From positions 37,758,001 to 37,822,000 of the forward strand of contig OZ024758.1 in assembly GCA_964016885.1 (NCBI GenBank): a DNA stretch of 64,000 nucleotides, given 5' to 3'. The first letter of the stretch is position 1. Each line of letters starts with the position of its first letter. The translations under genes and the position numbers were made by a program. The stretch comes from Eledone cirrhosa. Taxonomy: Eukaryota. The notes under the pieces are model-generated. The model was not told the DNA's origin. It searched no databases and saw nothing but the letters and a program-made list of their open reading frames with translations. Positions 42,101 to 57,009 of this stretch are shown one piece after another.

Positions 42101-43163
42101 TCAGAAGTAACTCCACTGTTGGTGAGAATTCATTTAAGTTCATGGTATTAGCTGTCAGAAGTAACTCCACTGTTGGTGAGAATTCATTTAAGTTCATGGT
42201 ATTAGCTGTCAGAAGTAACTCCACTGTTGGTGAGAATTCATTTAAGTTCATGGTACTATCTGTCAGAAGTAACTCCAATGTTGGTGAGAATTCATTTAAG
42301 TTCATGGTATTAGCTGTCAGAAGTAACTCCACTGTTGGTGAGAATTCACTTAAGTCATGGTATTAGCTGTCAGAAGTAACTCCACTGTTGGTGAGAATTC
42401 ATTTAAGTTCATGGTATTAGCTGTCAGAAGTAACTCCACTGTTGGTGAGAATTCATTTAAGTCATGGTATTAGCTGTCAGAAGTAACTCCACTGTTGGTG
42501 AGAATTCATTTAAGTTCATGGTATTAGCTGTCAGAAGTAACTCCACTGTTGGTGAGAATTCATTTAAGTTCATGGTATTAGCTGTCAGAAGTAACTCCAC
42601 TGTTGGTGAGAATTCATTTAAGTTCATGGTATTAGTTTGTCAGAAGTAACTCCACTGTTGGTGAGAATTCATTTAAGTCATGGTATTAGTTGTCAGAAGT
42701 AACTCCAATGATGGTGAGAATTCATTTAAGTTCATGGTACTAGCTGTCAGAAGTAACTCCACTGTTGGTGAGAATTCATTTAAGTTCATGGTATTAGCTG
42801 TCAGAAGTAACTCCACTGTTGGTGAGAATTCATTTAAGTCATGGTACTGGCTGTCAGAAGTAACTCCAATGTTGGTGAGAATTCATTTAAGTTCATGGTA
42901 TTAGCTGTCAGAAGTAACTCCACTGTTGGTGAGAATTCATTTAAGTTCATGGTATTAGCTGACAGAAGTCACTCCACTGTTGGTGAGAATTCATTTAAGT
43001 TCATGGTACTAGCTGTCAGAAGTAACTCCAATGTTGGTGAGAATTCATTTAAATTCATGGTATTAGCTGTCAGAAGTAACTCCACTGTTGGTGAGAATTC
43101 ATTTAAGTTCATGGTATTAGCTGTCAGAAGTAACTCCACTGTTGGTGAGAATTCATTTAGGTC

Positions 43164-46100
43164 ATGGTATTAGCTGTCAGAAGTAACTCCACTGTTGGTG
43201 AGAATTCATTTAAGTTCATGGTATTAGCTGTCAGAAGTAACTCCACTGTTGGTGAGAATTCATTTAAGTTCATGGTATTAGTTTGTCAGAAGTAACTCCA
43301 CTGTTGGTGAGAATTCATTTAAGTCATGGTATTAGTTGTCAGAAGTAACTCCAATGTTGGTGAGAATTCATTTAAGTTCATGGTACTAGCTGTCAGAAGT
43401 AACTCCACTGTTGGTGAGAATTCATTTAAGTTCATGGTAATAGCTGTCAGAAGTAACTCCACTGTTGGTGAGAATTCATTTAAGTCATGGTATTAGCTGT
43501 CAGAAGTAACTCCAATGTTGGTGAGAATTCATTTAAGTCATGGTACTAGCTGTCAGAAGTAACTCCAATGTTGGTGAGAATTCATTTAAGTTCATGGTAT
43601 TAGCTGTCAGAAGTAACTCCACTGTTGGTGAGAATTCATTTAAGTTCATGGTATTAGCTGTCAGAAGTAACTCCACTGTTGGTGAGAATTCATTTAAGTC
43701 ATGGTATTAGCTGTCAGAAGTAACTCCAATGTTGGTGAGTATTCATTTAAGTTCATGGTATTAGCTGTCAGAAGTCACTCCACTGTTGGTGAGAATTCAT
43801 TTAAGTTCATGGTACTAGCTGTCAGAAGTAACCCCAATGTTGGTGAGAATTCATTTAAGTTCATGGTATTAGCTGTCAGAAGTCACTCCAATGTTGGTGA
43901 GAATTCATTTAAGTTCATGGTATTAGCTGTCAGAAGTAACTCCACTGTTGGTAAGAATTCATTTAAGTTCATGGTATTAGCTGTCAGAAGTAACTCCACT
44001 GTTGGTGAGAATTCATTTAAGTTCATGGTGTTAGCTGTCAGAAGGAACGCCACTGTTGGTGAGAATTCATTTAAGTTCATGGTATTAGCTGTCAGAAGTA
44101 ACTCCACTGTTGGTGAGAATTCATTTAAGTTCATGCTACTAGCTGTCAGAAGTAACTCCTATGTTGGTGAGAATTCATTTAAGTTCATGGTATTAGCTGT
44201 CAGAAGGAACTCCACTGTTGCTGAGAATTCATTTAAGTTCATGGTATTAGCTGTCAGAAGTAACTCCACTGTTGGTGAGAATTCATTTAAGTTCATGGTG
44301 CTAGCTGTCAGAAGTAACTCCACTGTTGGTGAGAATTCATTTAAGTTCATGGTATTAGCTGTCAGAAGTAACTCCACTGTTGGTGAGAATTCATTTAAGT
44401 TTATGGTATTAGCTGACAGAAGTCACTCCACTGTTGGTGAGAATTCATTTAAGTTCATGGTACTAGCTGTCAGAAGTAACTCCAATGTTGGTGAGAATTC
44501 ATTTAAATTCATGGTATTAGCTGTCAGAAGTAACTCCACTGTTGGTGAGAATTCATTTAAGTTCATGGTATTAGCTGTCAGAAGTAACTCCACTGTTGGT
44601 GAGAATTCATTTAAGTTCATGGTATTAGCTGTCAGAAGTAACTCCACTGTTGGTGAGAATTCATTTAAGTTCATGGTACTAGCTGTCAGAAGTAACTCCA
44701 ATGTTGGTGAGAATTCATTTAAGTTCATGGTATTAGCTGTCAGAAGTAACTCCACTGTTGGTGAGTATTCATTTAAGTCATGGTATTAGCTTTCAGAAGT
44801 AACTCCACTGTTGGTGAGAATTCATTTAAGTTCATGGTATTAGCTGTCAGAAGTAACTCCACTGTTGGTGAGAATTCATTTAAGTCATGGTATTAGCTGT
44901 CAGAAGTAACTCCACTGTTGGTGAGAACTCATTTAAGTTCATGGTATTAGCTGTCAGAAGTAACTCCACTGTTGGTGAGAATTCATTTAAGTTCATGGTA
45001 TTAGCTGTCAGAAGTAACTCCACTGTTGGTGAGAATTCATTTAAGTTCATGGTATTAGTTTGTCAGAAGTAACTCCACTGTTGGTGAGAATTCATTTAAG
45101 TCATGGTATTAGTTGTCAGAAGTAACTCCAATGTTGGTGAGAATTCATTTAAGTTCATGGTACTAGCTGTCAGAAGTAACTCCACTGTTGGTGAGAATTC
45201 ATTTAAGTTCATGGTATTAGCTGTCAGAAGTAACTCCACTGTTGGTGAGAATTCATTTAAGTCATGGTATTAGCTGTCAGAAGTAACTCCAATGTTGGTG
45301 AGAATTCATTTAAGTTCATGGTATTAGCTGTCAGAAGTCACTCCACTGTTGGTGAGAATACATTTAAGTTCATGGTACTAGCTGTCAGAAGTAACCCCAA
45401 TGTTGGTGAGAATTCATTTAAGTTCATGGTATTAGCTGTCAGAAGTCACTCCAATGTTGGTGAGAATTCATTTAAGTTCATGGTATTAGCTGTCAGAAGT
45501 AACTCCACTGTTGGTAAGAATTCATTTAAGTTCATGGTATTAGCTGTCAGAAGTAACTCCACTGTTGGTGAGAATTCATTTAAGTTCATGGTATTAGCTG
45601 TCAGAAGGAACGCCACTGTTGGTGAGAATTCATTTAAGTTCATGGTATTAGCTGTCAGAAGTAACTCCACTGTTGGTGAGAATTCATTTAAGTTCATGGT
45701 ACTAGCTGTCAGAAGTAACTCCAATGTTGGTGAGAATTCATTTAAGTTCATGGTATTAGCTGTCAGAAGGAACTCCACTGTTGCTGAGAATTCATTTAAG
45801 TTCATGGTATTAGCTGTCAGAAGTAACTCCACTGTTGGTGAGAATTCATTTAAGTTCATGGTACTAGCTGTCAGAAGTAACTCCACTGTTGGTGAGAATT
45901 CATTTAAGTTCATGGTACTAGCTGTCAGAAGTAACTCCACTGTTGGTGAGAATTCATTTAAGTTCATGGTATTAGCTGTCAGAAGTAACTCCACTGTTGG
46001 TGAGAATTCATTTAAGTTCATGGTATTAGCTGTCAGAAGTAACTCCACTGTTGGTGAGAATTCATTTAAGTTCATGGTATTAGTTTGTCAGAAGTAACTC

Positions 46101-49100
46101 CACTGTTGGTGAGAATTCATTTAAGTCATGGTATTAGTTGTCAGAAGTAACTCCAATGTTGGTGAGAATTCATTTAAGTTCATGGTACTAGCTGTCAGAA
46201 GTAACTCCACTGTTGGTGAGAATTCATTTAAGTTCATGGTATTAGCTGTCAGAAGTAACTCCACTGTTGGTGAGAATTCATTTAAGTCATGGTACTGGCT
46301 GTCAGAAGTAACTCCAATGTTGGTGAGAATTCATTTAAGTTCATGGTATTAGCTGTCAGAAGTAACTCCACTGTTGGTGAGAATTCATTTAAGTTCATGG
46401 TATTAGCTGTCAGAAGGAACGCCACTGTTGGTGAGAATTCATTTAAGTTCATGGTATTAGCTGTCAGAAGTAACTCCACTGTTGGTGAGAATTCATTTAA
46501 GTTCATGGTACTAGCTGTCAGAAGTAACTCCAATGTTGGTGAGAATTCATTTAAGTTCATGGTATTAGCTGTCAGAAGGAACTCCACTGTTGCTGAGAAT
46601 TCATTTAAGTTCATGGTATTAGCTGTCAGAAGTAACTCCACTGTTGGTGAGAATTCATTTAAGTTCATGGTATTAGCTGCCAGAAGTAACTCCACTGTTG
46701 GTGAGAATTCATTTAAGTTATGGTATTAGCTGTCAGAAGTAACTCCAATGTTGGTGAGAATTCATTTAAGTTCATGGTATTAGCTGTCAGAAGTCACTCC
46801 ACTGTTGGTGAGAATACATTTAAGTTCATGGTACTAGCTGTCAGAAGTAACCCCAATGTTGGTGAGAATTCATTTAAGTTCATGGTATTAGCTGTCAGAA
46901 GTCACTCCAATGTTGGTGAGAATTCATTTAAGTTCATGGTATTAGCTGTCAGAAGTAACTCCACTGTTGGTAAGAATTCATTTAAGTTCATGGTATTAGC
47001 TGTCAGAAGTAACTCCAATGTTGGTGAGAATTCATTTAAGTTCATGGTACTAGCTGTCAGAAGTAACTCCAATGTTGGTGAGAATTCATTTAAGTTCATG
47101 GTATTAGCTGTCAGAAGTAACTCCACTGTTGGTGAGTATTCATTTAAGTCATGGTATTAGCTGTCAGAAGTAACTCCACTGTTGGTGAGAATTCATTTAA
47201 GTTCATGGTATTAGCTGTCAGAAGTAACTCCACTGTTGGTGAGAATTCATTTAAGTCATGGTATTAGCTGTCAGAAGTAACTCCACTGTTGGTGAGAACT
47301 CATTTAAGTTCATGGTATTAGCTGTCAGAAGTAACTCCACTGTTGGTGAGAATTCATTTAAGTTCATGGTATTAGCTGTCAGAAGTAACTCCACTGTTGG
47401 TGAGAATTCATTTAAGTTCATGGTATTAGTTTGTCAGAAGTAACTCCACTGTTGGTGAGAATTCATTTAAGTCATGGTATTAGTTGTCAGAAGTAACTCC
47501 AATGTTGGTGAGAATTCATTTAAGTTCATGGTACTAGCTGTCAGAAGTAACTCCACTGTTGGTGAGAATTCATTTAAGTTCATGGTATTAGCTGTCAGAA
47601 GTAACTCCACTGTTGGTGAGAATTCATTTAAGTCATGGTATTAGCTGTCAGAAGTAACTCCACTGTTGGTGAGAATTCATTTAAGTTCATGGTATTAGCT
47701 GTCAGAAGTAACTCCACTGTTGGTGAGAATTCATTTAAGTTCATGGTATTAGTTTGTCAGAAGTAACTCCACTGTTGGTGAGAATTCATTTAAGTCATGG
47801 TATTAGTTGTCAGAAGTAACTCCAATGTTGGTGAGAATTCATTTAAGTTCATGGTACTAGCTGTCAGAAGTAACTCCACTGTTGGTGAGAATTCATTTAA
47901 GTTCATGGTAATAGCTGTCAGAAGTAACTCCACTGTTGGTGAGAATTCATTTAAGTCATGGTATTAGCTGTCAGAAGTAACTCCAATGTTGGTGAGAATT
48001 CATTTAAGTCATGGTACTAGCTGTCAGAAGTAACTCCAATGTTGGTGAGAATTCATTTAAGTTCATGGTATTAGCTGTCAGAAGTAACTCCACTGTTGGT
48101 GAGAATTCATTTAAGTTCATGGTATTAGCTGTCAGAAGTAACTCCACTGTTGGTGAGAATTCATTTAAGTCATGGTATTAGCTGTCAGAAGTAACTCCAA
48201 TGTTGGTGAGAATTCATTTAAGTTCATGGTATTAGCTGTCAGAAGTCACTCCACTGTTGGTGAGAATTCATTTAAGTTCATGGTACTAGCTGTCAGAAGT
48301 AACCCCAATGTTGGTGAGAATTCATTTAAGTTCATGGTATTAGCTGTCAGAAGTCACTCCAATGTTGGTGAGAATTCATTTAAGTTCATGGTATTAGCTG
48401 TCAGAAGTAACTCCACTGTTGGTAAGAATTCATTTAAGTTCATGGTATTAGCTGTCAGAAGTAACTCCACTGTTGGTGAGAATTCATTTAAGTTCATGGT
48501 GTTAGCTGTCAGAAGGAACGCCACTGTTGGTGAGAATTCATTTAAGTTCATGGTATTAGCTGTCAGAAGTAACTCCACTGTTGGTGAGAATTCATTTAAG
48601 TTCATGCTACTAGCTGTCAGAAGTAACTCCTATGTTGGTGAGAATTCATTTAAGTTCATGGTATTAGCTGTCAGAAGGAACTCCACTGTTGCTGAGAATT
48701 CATTTAAGTTCATGGTATTAGCTGTCAGAAGTAACTCCACTGTTGGTGAGAATTCATTTAAGTTCATGGTGCTAGCTGTCAGAAGTAACTCCACTGTTGG
48801 TGAGAATTCATTTAAGTTCATGGTATTAGCTGTCAGAAGTAACTCCACTGTTGGTGAGAATTCATTTAAGTTTATGGTATTAGCTGACAGAAGTCACTCC
48901 ACTGTTGGTGAGAATTCATTTAAGTTCATGGTACTAGCTGTCAGAAGTAACTCCAATGTTGGTGAGAATTCATTTAAATTCATGGTATTAGCTGTCAGAA
49001 GTAACTCCACTGTTGGTGAGAATTCATTTAAGTTCATGGTATTAGCTGTCAGAAGTAACTCCACTGTTGGTGAGAATTCATTTAAGTTCATGGTATTAGC

Positions 49101-52052
49101 TGTCAGAAGTAACTCCACTGTTGGTGAGAATTCATTTAAGTTCATGGTACTAGCTGTCAGAAGTAACTCCAATGTTGGTGAGAATTCATTTAAGTTCATG
49201 GTATTAGCTGTCAGAAGTAACTCCACTGTTGGTGAGTATTCATTTAAGTCATGGTATTAGCTGTCAGAAGTAACTCCACTGTTGGTGAGAATTCATTTAA
49301 GTTCATGGTATTAGCTGTCAGAAGTAACTCCACTGTTGGTGAGAATTCATTTAAGTCATGGTATTAGCTGTCAGAAGTAACTCCACTGTTGGTGAGAACT
49401 CATTTAAGTTCATGGTATTAGCTGTCAGAAGTAACTCCACTGTTGGTGAGAATTCATTTAAGTTCATGGTATTAGCTGTCAGAAGTAACTCCACTGTTGG
49501 TGAGAATTCATTTAAGTTCATGGTATTAGTTTGTCAGAAGTAACTCCACTGTTGGTGAGAATTCATTTAAGTCATGGTATTAGTTGTCAGAAGTAACTCC
49601 AATGTTGGTGAGAATTCATTTAAGTTCATGGTACTAGCTGTCAGAAGTAACTCCACTGTTGGTGAGAATTCATTTAAGTTCATGGTATTAGCTGTCAGAA
49701 GTAACTCCACTGTTGGTGAGAATTCATTTAAGTCATGGTATTAGCTGTCAGAAGTAACTCCAATGTTGGTGAGAATTCATTTAAGTTCATGGTATTAGCT
49801 GTCAGAAGTCACTCCACTGTTGGTGAGAATACATTTAAGTTCATGGTACTAGCTGTCAGAAGTAACCCCAATGTTGGTGAGAATTCATTTAAGTTCATGG
49901 TATTAGCTGTCAGAAGTAACTCCACTGTTGGTAAGAATTCATTTAAGTTCATGGTATTAGCTGTCAGAAGTAACTCCACTGTTGGTGAGAATTCATTTAA
50001 GTTCATGGTATTAGCTGTCAGAAGGAACGCCACTGTTGGTGAGAATTCATTTAAGTTCATGGTATTAGCTGTCAGAAGTAACTCCACTGTTGGTGAGAAT
50101 TCATTTAAGTTCATGGTACTAGCTGTCAGAAGTAACTCCAATGTTGGTGAGAATTCATTTAAGTTCATGGTATTAGCTGTCAGAAGGAACTCCCCTGTTG
50201 CTGAGAATTCATTTAAGTTCATGGTATTAGCTGTCAGAAGTAACTCCAATTGTTGGTGAGAATTCATTTAAGTTCATGGTACTAGCTGTCAGAAGTAACT
50301 CCACTGTTGGTGAGAATTCATTTAAGTTCATGGTACTAGCTGTCAGAAGTAACTCCACTGTTGGTGAGAATTCATTTAAGTTCATGGTATTAGCTGTCAG
50401 AAGTAACTCCACTGTTGGTGAGAATTCATTTAAGTTCATGGTATTAGCTGTCAGAAGTAACTCCACTGTTGGTGAGAATTCATTTAAGTTCATGGTATTA
50501 GTTTGTCAGAAGTAACTCCACTGTTGGTGAGAATTCATTTAAGTCATGGTATTAGTTGTCAGAAGTAACTCCAATGTTGGTGAGAATTCATTTAAGTTCA
50601 TGGTACTAGCTGTCAGAAGTAACTCCACTGTTGGTGAGAATTCATTTAAGTTCATGGTATTAGCTGTCAGAAGTAACTCCACTGTTGGTGAGAATTCATT
50701 TAAGTCATGGTACTGGCTGTCAGAAGTAACTCCAATGTTGGTGAGAATTCATTTAAGTTCATGGTATTAGCTGTCAGAAGTAACTCCACTGTTGGTGAGA
50801 ATTCATTTAAGTTCATGGTATTAGCTGTCAGAAGGAACGCCACTGTTGGTGAGAATTCATTTAAGTTCATGGTATTAGCTGTCAGAAGTAACTCCACTGT
50901 TGGTGAGAATTCATTTAAGTTCATGGTACTAGCTGTCAGAAGTAACTCCAATGTTGGTGAGAATTCATTTAAGTTCATGGTATTAGCTGTCAGAAGGAAC
51001 TCCACTGTTGCTGAGAATTCATTTAAGTTCATGGTATTAGCTGTCAGAAGTAACTCCACTGTTGGTGAGAATTCATTTAAGTTCATGGTATTAGCTGTCA
51101 GAAGTAACTCCACTGTTGGTGAGAATTCATTTAAGTTATGGTATTAGCTGTCAGAAGTAACTCCAATGTTGGTGAGAATTCATTTAAGTTCATGGTATTA
51201 GCTGTCAGAAGTCACTCCACTGTTGGTGAGAATACATTTAAGTTCATGGTACTAGCTGTCAGAAGTAACCCCAATGTTGGTGAGAATTCATTTAAGTTCA
51301 TGGTATTAGCTGTCAGAAGTCACTCCAATGTTGGTGAGAATTCATTTAAGTTCATGGTATTAGCTGTCAGAAGTAACTCCACTGTTGGTAAGAATTCATT
51401 TAAGTTCATGGTATTAGCTGTCAGAAGTAACTCCACTGTTGGTGAGAATTCATTTAAGTTCATGGTACTAGCTGTCAGAAGTAACTCCAATGTTGGTGAG
51501 AATTCATTTAAGTTCATGGTATTAGCTGTCAGAAGTAACTCCACTGTTGGTGAGTATTCATTTAAGTCATGGTATTAGCTGTCAGAAGTAACTCCACTGT
51601 TGGTGAGAATTCATTTAAGTTCATGGTATTAGCTGTCAGAAGTAACTCCACTGTTGGTGAGAATTCATTTAAGTCATGGTATTAGCTGTCAGAAGTAACT
51701 CCACTGTTGGTGAGAACTCATTTAAGTTCATGGTATTAGCTGTCAGAAGTAACTCCACTGTTGGTGAGAATTCATTTAAGTTCATGGTATTAGCTGTCAG
51801 AAGTAACTCCACTGTTGGTGAGAATTCATTTAAGTTCATGGTATTAGTTTGTCAGAAGTAACTCCACTGTTGGTGAGAATTCATTTAAGTCATGGTATTA
51901 GTTGTCAGAAGTAACTCCAATGTTGGTGAGAATTCATTTAAGTTCATGGTACTAGCTGTCAGAAGTAACTCCACTGTTGGTGAGAATTCATTTAAGTTCA
52001 TGGTATTAGCTGTCAGAAGTAACTCCACTGTTGGTGAGAATTCATTTAAGTC
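43164..52052. repeat. About 4.45-kb tandem duplication (43164-47634 and 47635-52052)
   Basis: ORF starts 43701/48172, 44887/49358 and 45264/49735 differ by 4471. Starts 46128/50546, 46720/51138 and 47258/51676 differ by 4418, consistent with loss of one monomer plus a 1-bp insertion in the second copy. Shared variants: gagTattc, gagaaCtc, aagttTatgg, atggtGttag. Confidence 0.9.
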
Positions 52053-54830
52053 ATGGTATTAGCTGTCAGAAGTAACTCCAATGTTGGTGAGAATTCATTT
52101 AAGTTCATGGTATTAGCTGTCAGAAGTCACTCCACTGTTGGTGAGAATACATTTAAGTTCATGGTACTAGCTGTCAGAAGTAACCCCAATGTTGGTGAGA
52201 ATTCATTTAAGTTCATGGTATTAGCTGTCAGAAGTCACTCCAATGTTGGTGAGAATTCATTTAAGTTCATGGTATTAGCTGTCAGAAGTAACTCCACTGT
52301 TGGTAAGAATTCATTTAAGTTCATGGTATTAGCTGTCAGAAGTAACTCCACTGTTGGTGAGAATTCATTTAAGTTCATGGTATTAGCTGTCAGAAGGAAC
52401 GCCACTGTTGGTGAGAATTCATTTAAGTTCATGGTATTAGCTGTCAGAAGTAACTCCACTGTTGGTGAGAATTCATTTAAGTTCATGGTACTAGCTGTCA
52501 GAAGTAACTCCAATGTTGGTGAGAATTCATTTAAGTTCATGGTATTAGCTGTCAGAAGGAACTCCACTGTTGCTGAGAATTCATTTAAGTTCATGGTATT
52601 AGCTGTCAGAAGTAACTCCACTGTTGGTGAGAATTCATTTAAGTTCATGGTACTAGCTGTCAGAAGTAACTCCACTGTTGGTGAGAATTCATTTAAGTTC
52701 ATGGTACTAGCTGTCAGAAGTAACTCCACTGTTGGTGAGAATTCATTTAAGTTCATGGTATTAGCTGTCAGAAGTAACTCCACTGTTGGTGAGAATTCAT
52801 TTAAGTTCATGGTATTAGCTGTCAGAAGTAACTCCACTGTTGGTGAGAATTCATTTAAGTTCATGGTATTAGTTTGTCAGAAGTAACTCCACTGTTGGTG
52901 AGAATTCATTTAAGTCATGGTATTAGTTGTCAGAAGTAACTCCAATGTTGGTGAGAATTCATTTAAGTTCATGGTACTAGCTGTCAGAAGTAACTCCACT
53001 GTTGGTGAGAATTCATTTAAGTTCATGGTATTAGCTGTCAGAAGTAACTCCACTGTTGGTGAGAATTCATTTAAGTCATGGTACTGGCTGTCAGAAGTAA
53101 CTCCAATGTTGGTGAGAATTCATTTAAGTTCATGGTATTAGCTGTCAGAAGTAACTCCACTGTTGGTGAGAATTCATTTAAGTTCATGGTATTAGCTGTC
53201 AGAAGGAACGCCACTGTTGGTGAGAATTCATTTAAGTTCATGGTATTAGCTGTCAGAAGTAACTCCACTGTTGGTGAGAATTCATTTAAGTTCATGGTAT
53301 TAGCTGTCAGAAGTAACTCCACTGTTGGTGAGAATTCATTTAAGTTCATGGTATTAGTTTGTCAGAAGTAACTCCACTGTTGGTGAGAATTCATTTAAGT
53401 CATGGTATTAGTTGTCAGAAGTAACTCCAATGTTGGTGAGAATTCATTTAAGTTCATGGTACTAGCTGTCAGAAGTAACTCCACTGTTGGTGAGAATTCA
53501 TTTAAGTTCATGGTATTAGCTGTCAGAAGTAACTCCACTGTTGGTGAGAATTCATTTAAGTCATGGTATTAGCTGTCAGAAGTAACTCCAATGTTGGTGA
53601 GAATTCATTTAAGTTCATGGTATTAGCTGTCAGAAGTCACTCCACTGTTGGTGAGAATACATTTAAGTTCATGGTACTAGCTGTCAGAAGTAACCCCAAT
53701 GTTGGTGAGAATTCATTTAAGTTCATGGTATTAGCTGTCAGAAGTCACTCCAATGTTGGTGAGAATTCATTTAAGTTCATGGTATTAGCTGTCAGAAGTA
53801 ACTCCACTGTTGGTAAGAATTCATTTAAGTTCATGGTATTAGCTGTCAGAAGTAACTCCACTGTTGGTGAGAATTCATTTAAGTTCATGGTATTAGCTGT
53901 CAGAAGGAACGCCACTGTTGGTGAGAATTCATTTAAGTTCATGGTATTAGCTGTCAGAAGTAACTCCACTGTTGGTGAGAATTCATTTAAGTTCATGGTA
54001 CTAGCTGTCAGAAGTAACTCCAATGTTGGTGAGAATTCATTTAAGTTCATGGTATTAGCTGTCAGAAGGAACTCCACTGTTGCTGAGAATTCATTTAAGT
54101 TCATGGTATTAGCTGTCAGAAGTAACTCCACTGTTGGTGAGAATTCATTTAAGTTCATGGTACTAGCTGTCAGAAGTAACTCCACTGTTGGTGAGAATTC
54201 ATTTAAGTTCATGGTACTAGCTGTCAGAAGTAACTCCACTGTTGGTGAGAATTCATTTAAGTTCATGGTATTAGCTGTCAGAAGTAACTCCACTGTTGGT
54301 GAGAATTCATTTAAGTTCATGGTATTAGCTGTCAGAAGTAACTCCACTGTTGGTGAGAATTCATTTAAGTTCATGGTATTAGTTTGTCAGAAGTAACTCC
54401 ACTGTTGGTGAGAATTCATTTAAGTCATGGTATTAGTTGTCAGAAGTAACTCCAATGTTGGTGAGAATTCATTTAAGTTCATGGTACTAGCTGTCAGAAG
54501 TAACTCCACTGTTGGTGAGAATTCATTTAAGTTCATGGTATTAGCTGTCAGAAGTAACTCCACTGTTGGTGAGAATTCATTTAAGTCATGGTACTGGCTG
54601 TCAGAAGTAACTCCAATGTTGGTGAGAATTAATTTAAGTTCATGGTATTAGCTGTCAGAAGTAACTCCACTGTTGGTGAGAATTCATTTAAGTTCATGGT
54701 ATTAGCTGTCAGAAGGAACGCCACTGTTGGTGAGAATTCATTTAAGTTCATGGTATTAGCTGTCAGAAGTAACTCCACTGTTGGTGAGAATTCATTTAAG
54801 TTCATGGTACTAGCTGTCAGAAGTAACTCC
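51676..54830. repeat. 1510-bp (28-monomer) tandem duplication
   Basis: Identical 277-aa variant strings at 52053 and 53563. 52917/54427 and the ends 51861/53371 also differ by 1510. Confidence 0.8.
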
Positions 54831-57009
54831 AATGTTGGTGAGAATTCATTTAAGTTCATGGTATTAGCTGTCAGAAGGAACTCCACTGTTGCTGAGAATT
54901 CATTTAAGTTCATGGTATTAGCTGTCAGAAGTAACTCCACTGTTGGTGAGAATTCATTTAAGTTCATGGTATTAGCTGTCAGAAGTAACTCCACTGTTGG
55001 TGAGAATTCATTTAAGTTATGGTATTAGCTGTCAGAAGTAACTCCAATGTTGGTGAGAATTCATTTAAGTTCATGGTATTAGCTGTCAGAAGTCACTCCA
55101 CTGTTGGTGAGAATACATTTAAGTTCATGGTACTAGCTGTCAGAAGTAACCCCAATGTTGGTGAGAATTCATTTAAGTTCATGGTATTAGCTGTCAGAAG
55201 TCACTCCAATGTTGGTGAGAATTCATTTAAGTTCATGGTATTAGCTGTCAGAAGTAACTCCACTGTTGGTGAGAATACATTTAAGTTCATGGTACTAGCT
55301 GTCAGAAGTAACCCCAATGTTGGTGAGAATTCATTTAAGTTCATGGTATTAGCTGTCAGAAGTCACTCCAATGTTGGTGAGAATTCATTTAAGTTCATGG
55401 TATTAGCTGTCAGAAGTAACTCCACTGTTGGTAAGAATTCATTTAAGTTCATGGTATTAGCTGTCAGAAGTAACTCCACTGTTGGTGAGAATTCATTTAA
55501 GTTCATGGTATTAGCTGTCAGAAGGGACGCCACTGTTGGTGAGAATTCATTTAAGTTCATGGTATTAGCTGTCAGAAGTAACTCCACTGTTGGTGAGAAT
55601 TCATTTAAGTTCATGGTACTAGCTGTCAGAAGTAACTCCAATGTTGGTGAGAATTCATTTAAGTTCATGGTATTAGCTGTCAGAAGGAACTCCAATGTTG
55701 GTGAGAATTCATTTAAGTTCATGGTACTAGCTGTCAGAAGTAACTCCAATGTTGGTGAGAATTCATTTAAGTTCATGGTATTAGCTGTCAGAAGTAACTC
55801 CACTGTTGGTGAGAATTCATTTAAGTTCATGGTACTAGCTGTCAGAAGTAACTCCTCTGTTGGTGAGAATTCATTTAAGTTCATGGTATTAGCTGTCTGA
55901 AGTCACTCCAATGTTGGTGAGAATTCATTTAAGTTCATGGTATTAGCTGTCAGAAGTCACTCCACTGTTGGTGAGAATTCATTTAAGTTCATGGTACTAG
56001 CTGTCAGAAGTAACCCCAATGTTGGTGAGAATTCATTTAAGTTCATGGTATTAGCTGTCAGAAGTCACTCCAATGTTGGTGAGAATTCATTTAAGTTCAT
56101 GGTATTAACTGTCAGAAGTAACTCCACTGTTGGTGAGAATTCATTTAAGTTCATGGTATTAGCTGTCAGAAGTAACTCCACTGTTGGTGAGAATTCATTT
56201 AAGTTCATGGTATTAGCTGTCAGAAGTAACTCCACTGTTGGTGAGAATTCATTTAAGTCATGGTATTAGCTGTCAGAAGTAACTCCAATGTTGGTGAGAA
56301 TTCATTTAAGTTCATGGTATTAGTTGTCAGAAGTCACTCCACTGTTGGTGAGAATTCATTTAAGTTCATGGTACTAGCTGTCAGAAGTAACCCCAATGTT
56401 GGTGAGAATTCATTTAAGTTCATGGTATTAGCTGTCAGAAGTCACTCCAATGTTGGTGAGAATTCATTTAAGTCATGGTATTAGTTGTCAGAAGTAACTC
56501 CAATGTTGGTGAGAATTCATTTAAGTTCATGGTACTAGCTGTCAGAAGTAACTCCACTGTTGGTGAGAATTCATTTAAGTTCATGGTATTAGCTGTCAGA
56601 AGTAACTCCACTGTTGGTGAGAATTCATTTAAGTCATGGTACTGGCTGTCAGAAGTAACTCCAATGTTGGTGAGAATTCATTTAAGTTCATGGTATTAGC
56701 TGTCAGAAGTAACTCCACTGTTGGTGAGAATTCATTTAAGTTCATGGTATTAGCTGTCAGAAGTAACTCCACTGTTGGTGAGAATTCATTTAAGTCATGG
56801 TATTAGCTGTCAGAAGTAACTCCAATGTTGGTGAGAATTCATTTAAGTTCATGGTATTAGCTGTCAGAAGTCACTCCACTGTTGGTGAGAATACATTTAA
56901 GTTCATGGTACTAGCTGTCAGAAGTAACCCCAATGTTGGTGAGAATTCATTTAAGTTCATGGTATTAGCTGTCAGAAGTCACTCCAATGTTGGTGAGAAT
57001 TCATTTAAG

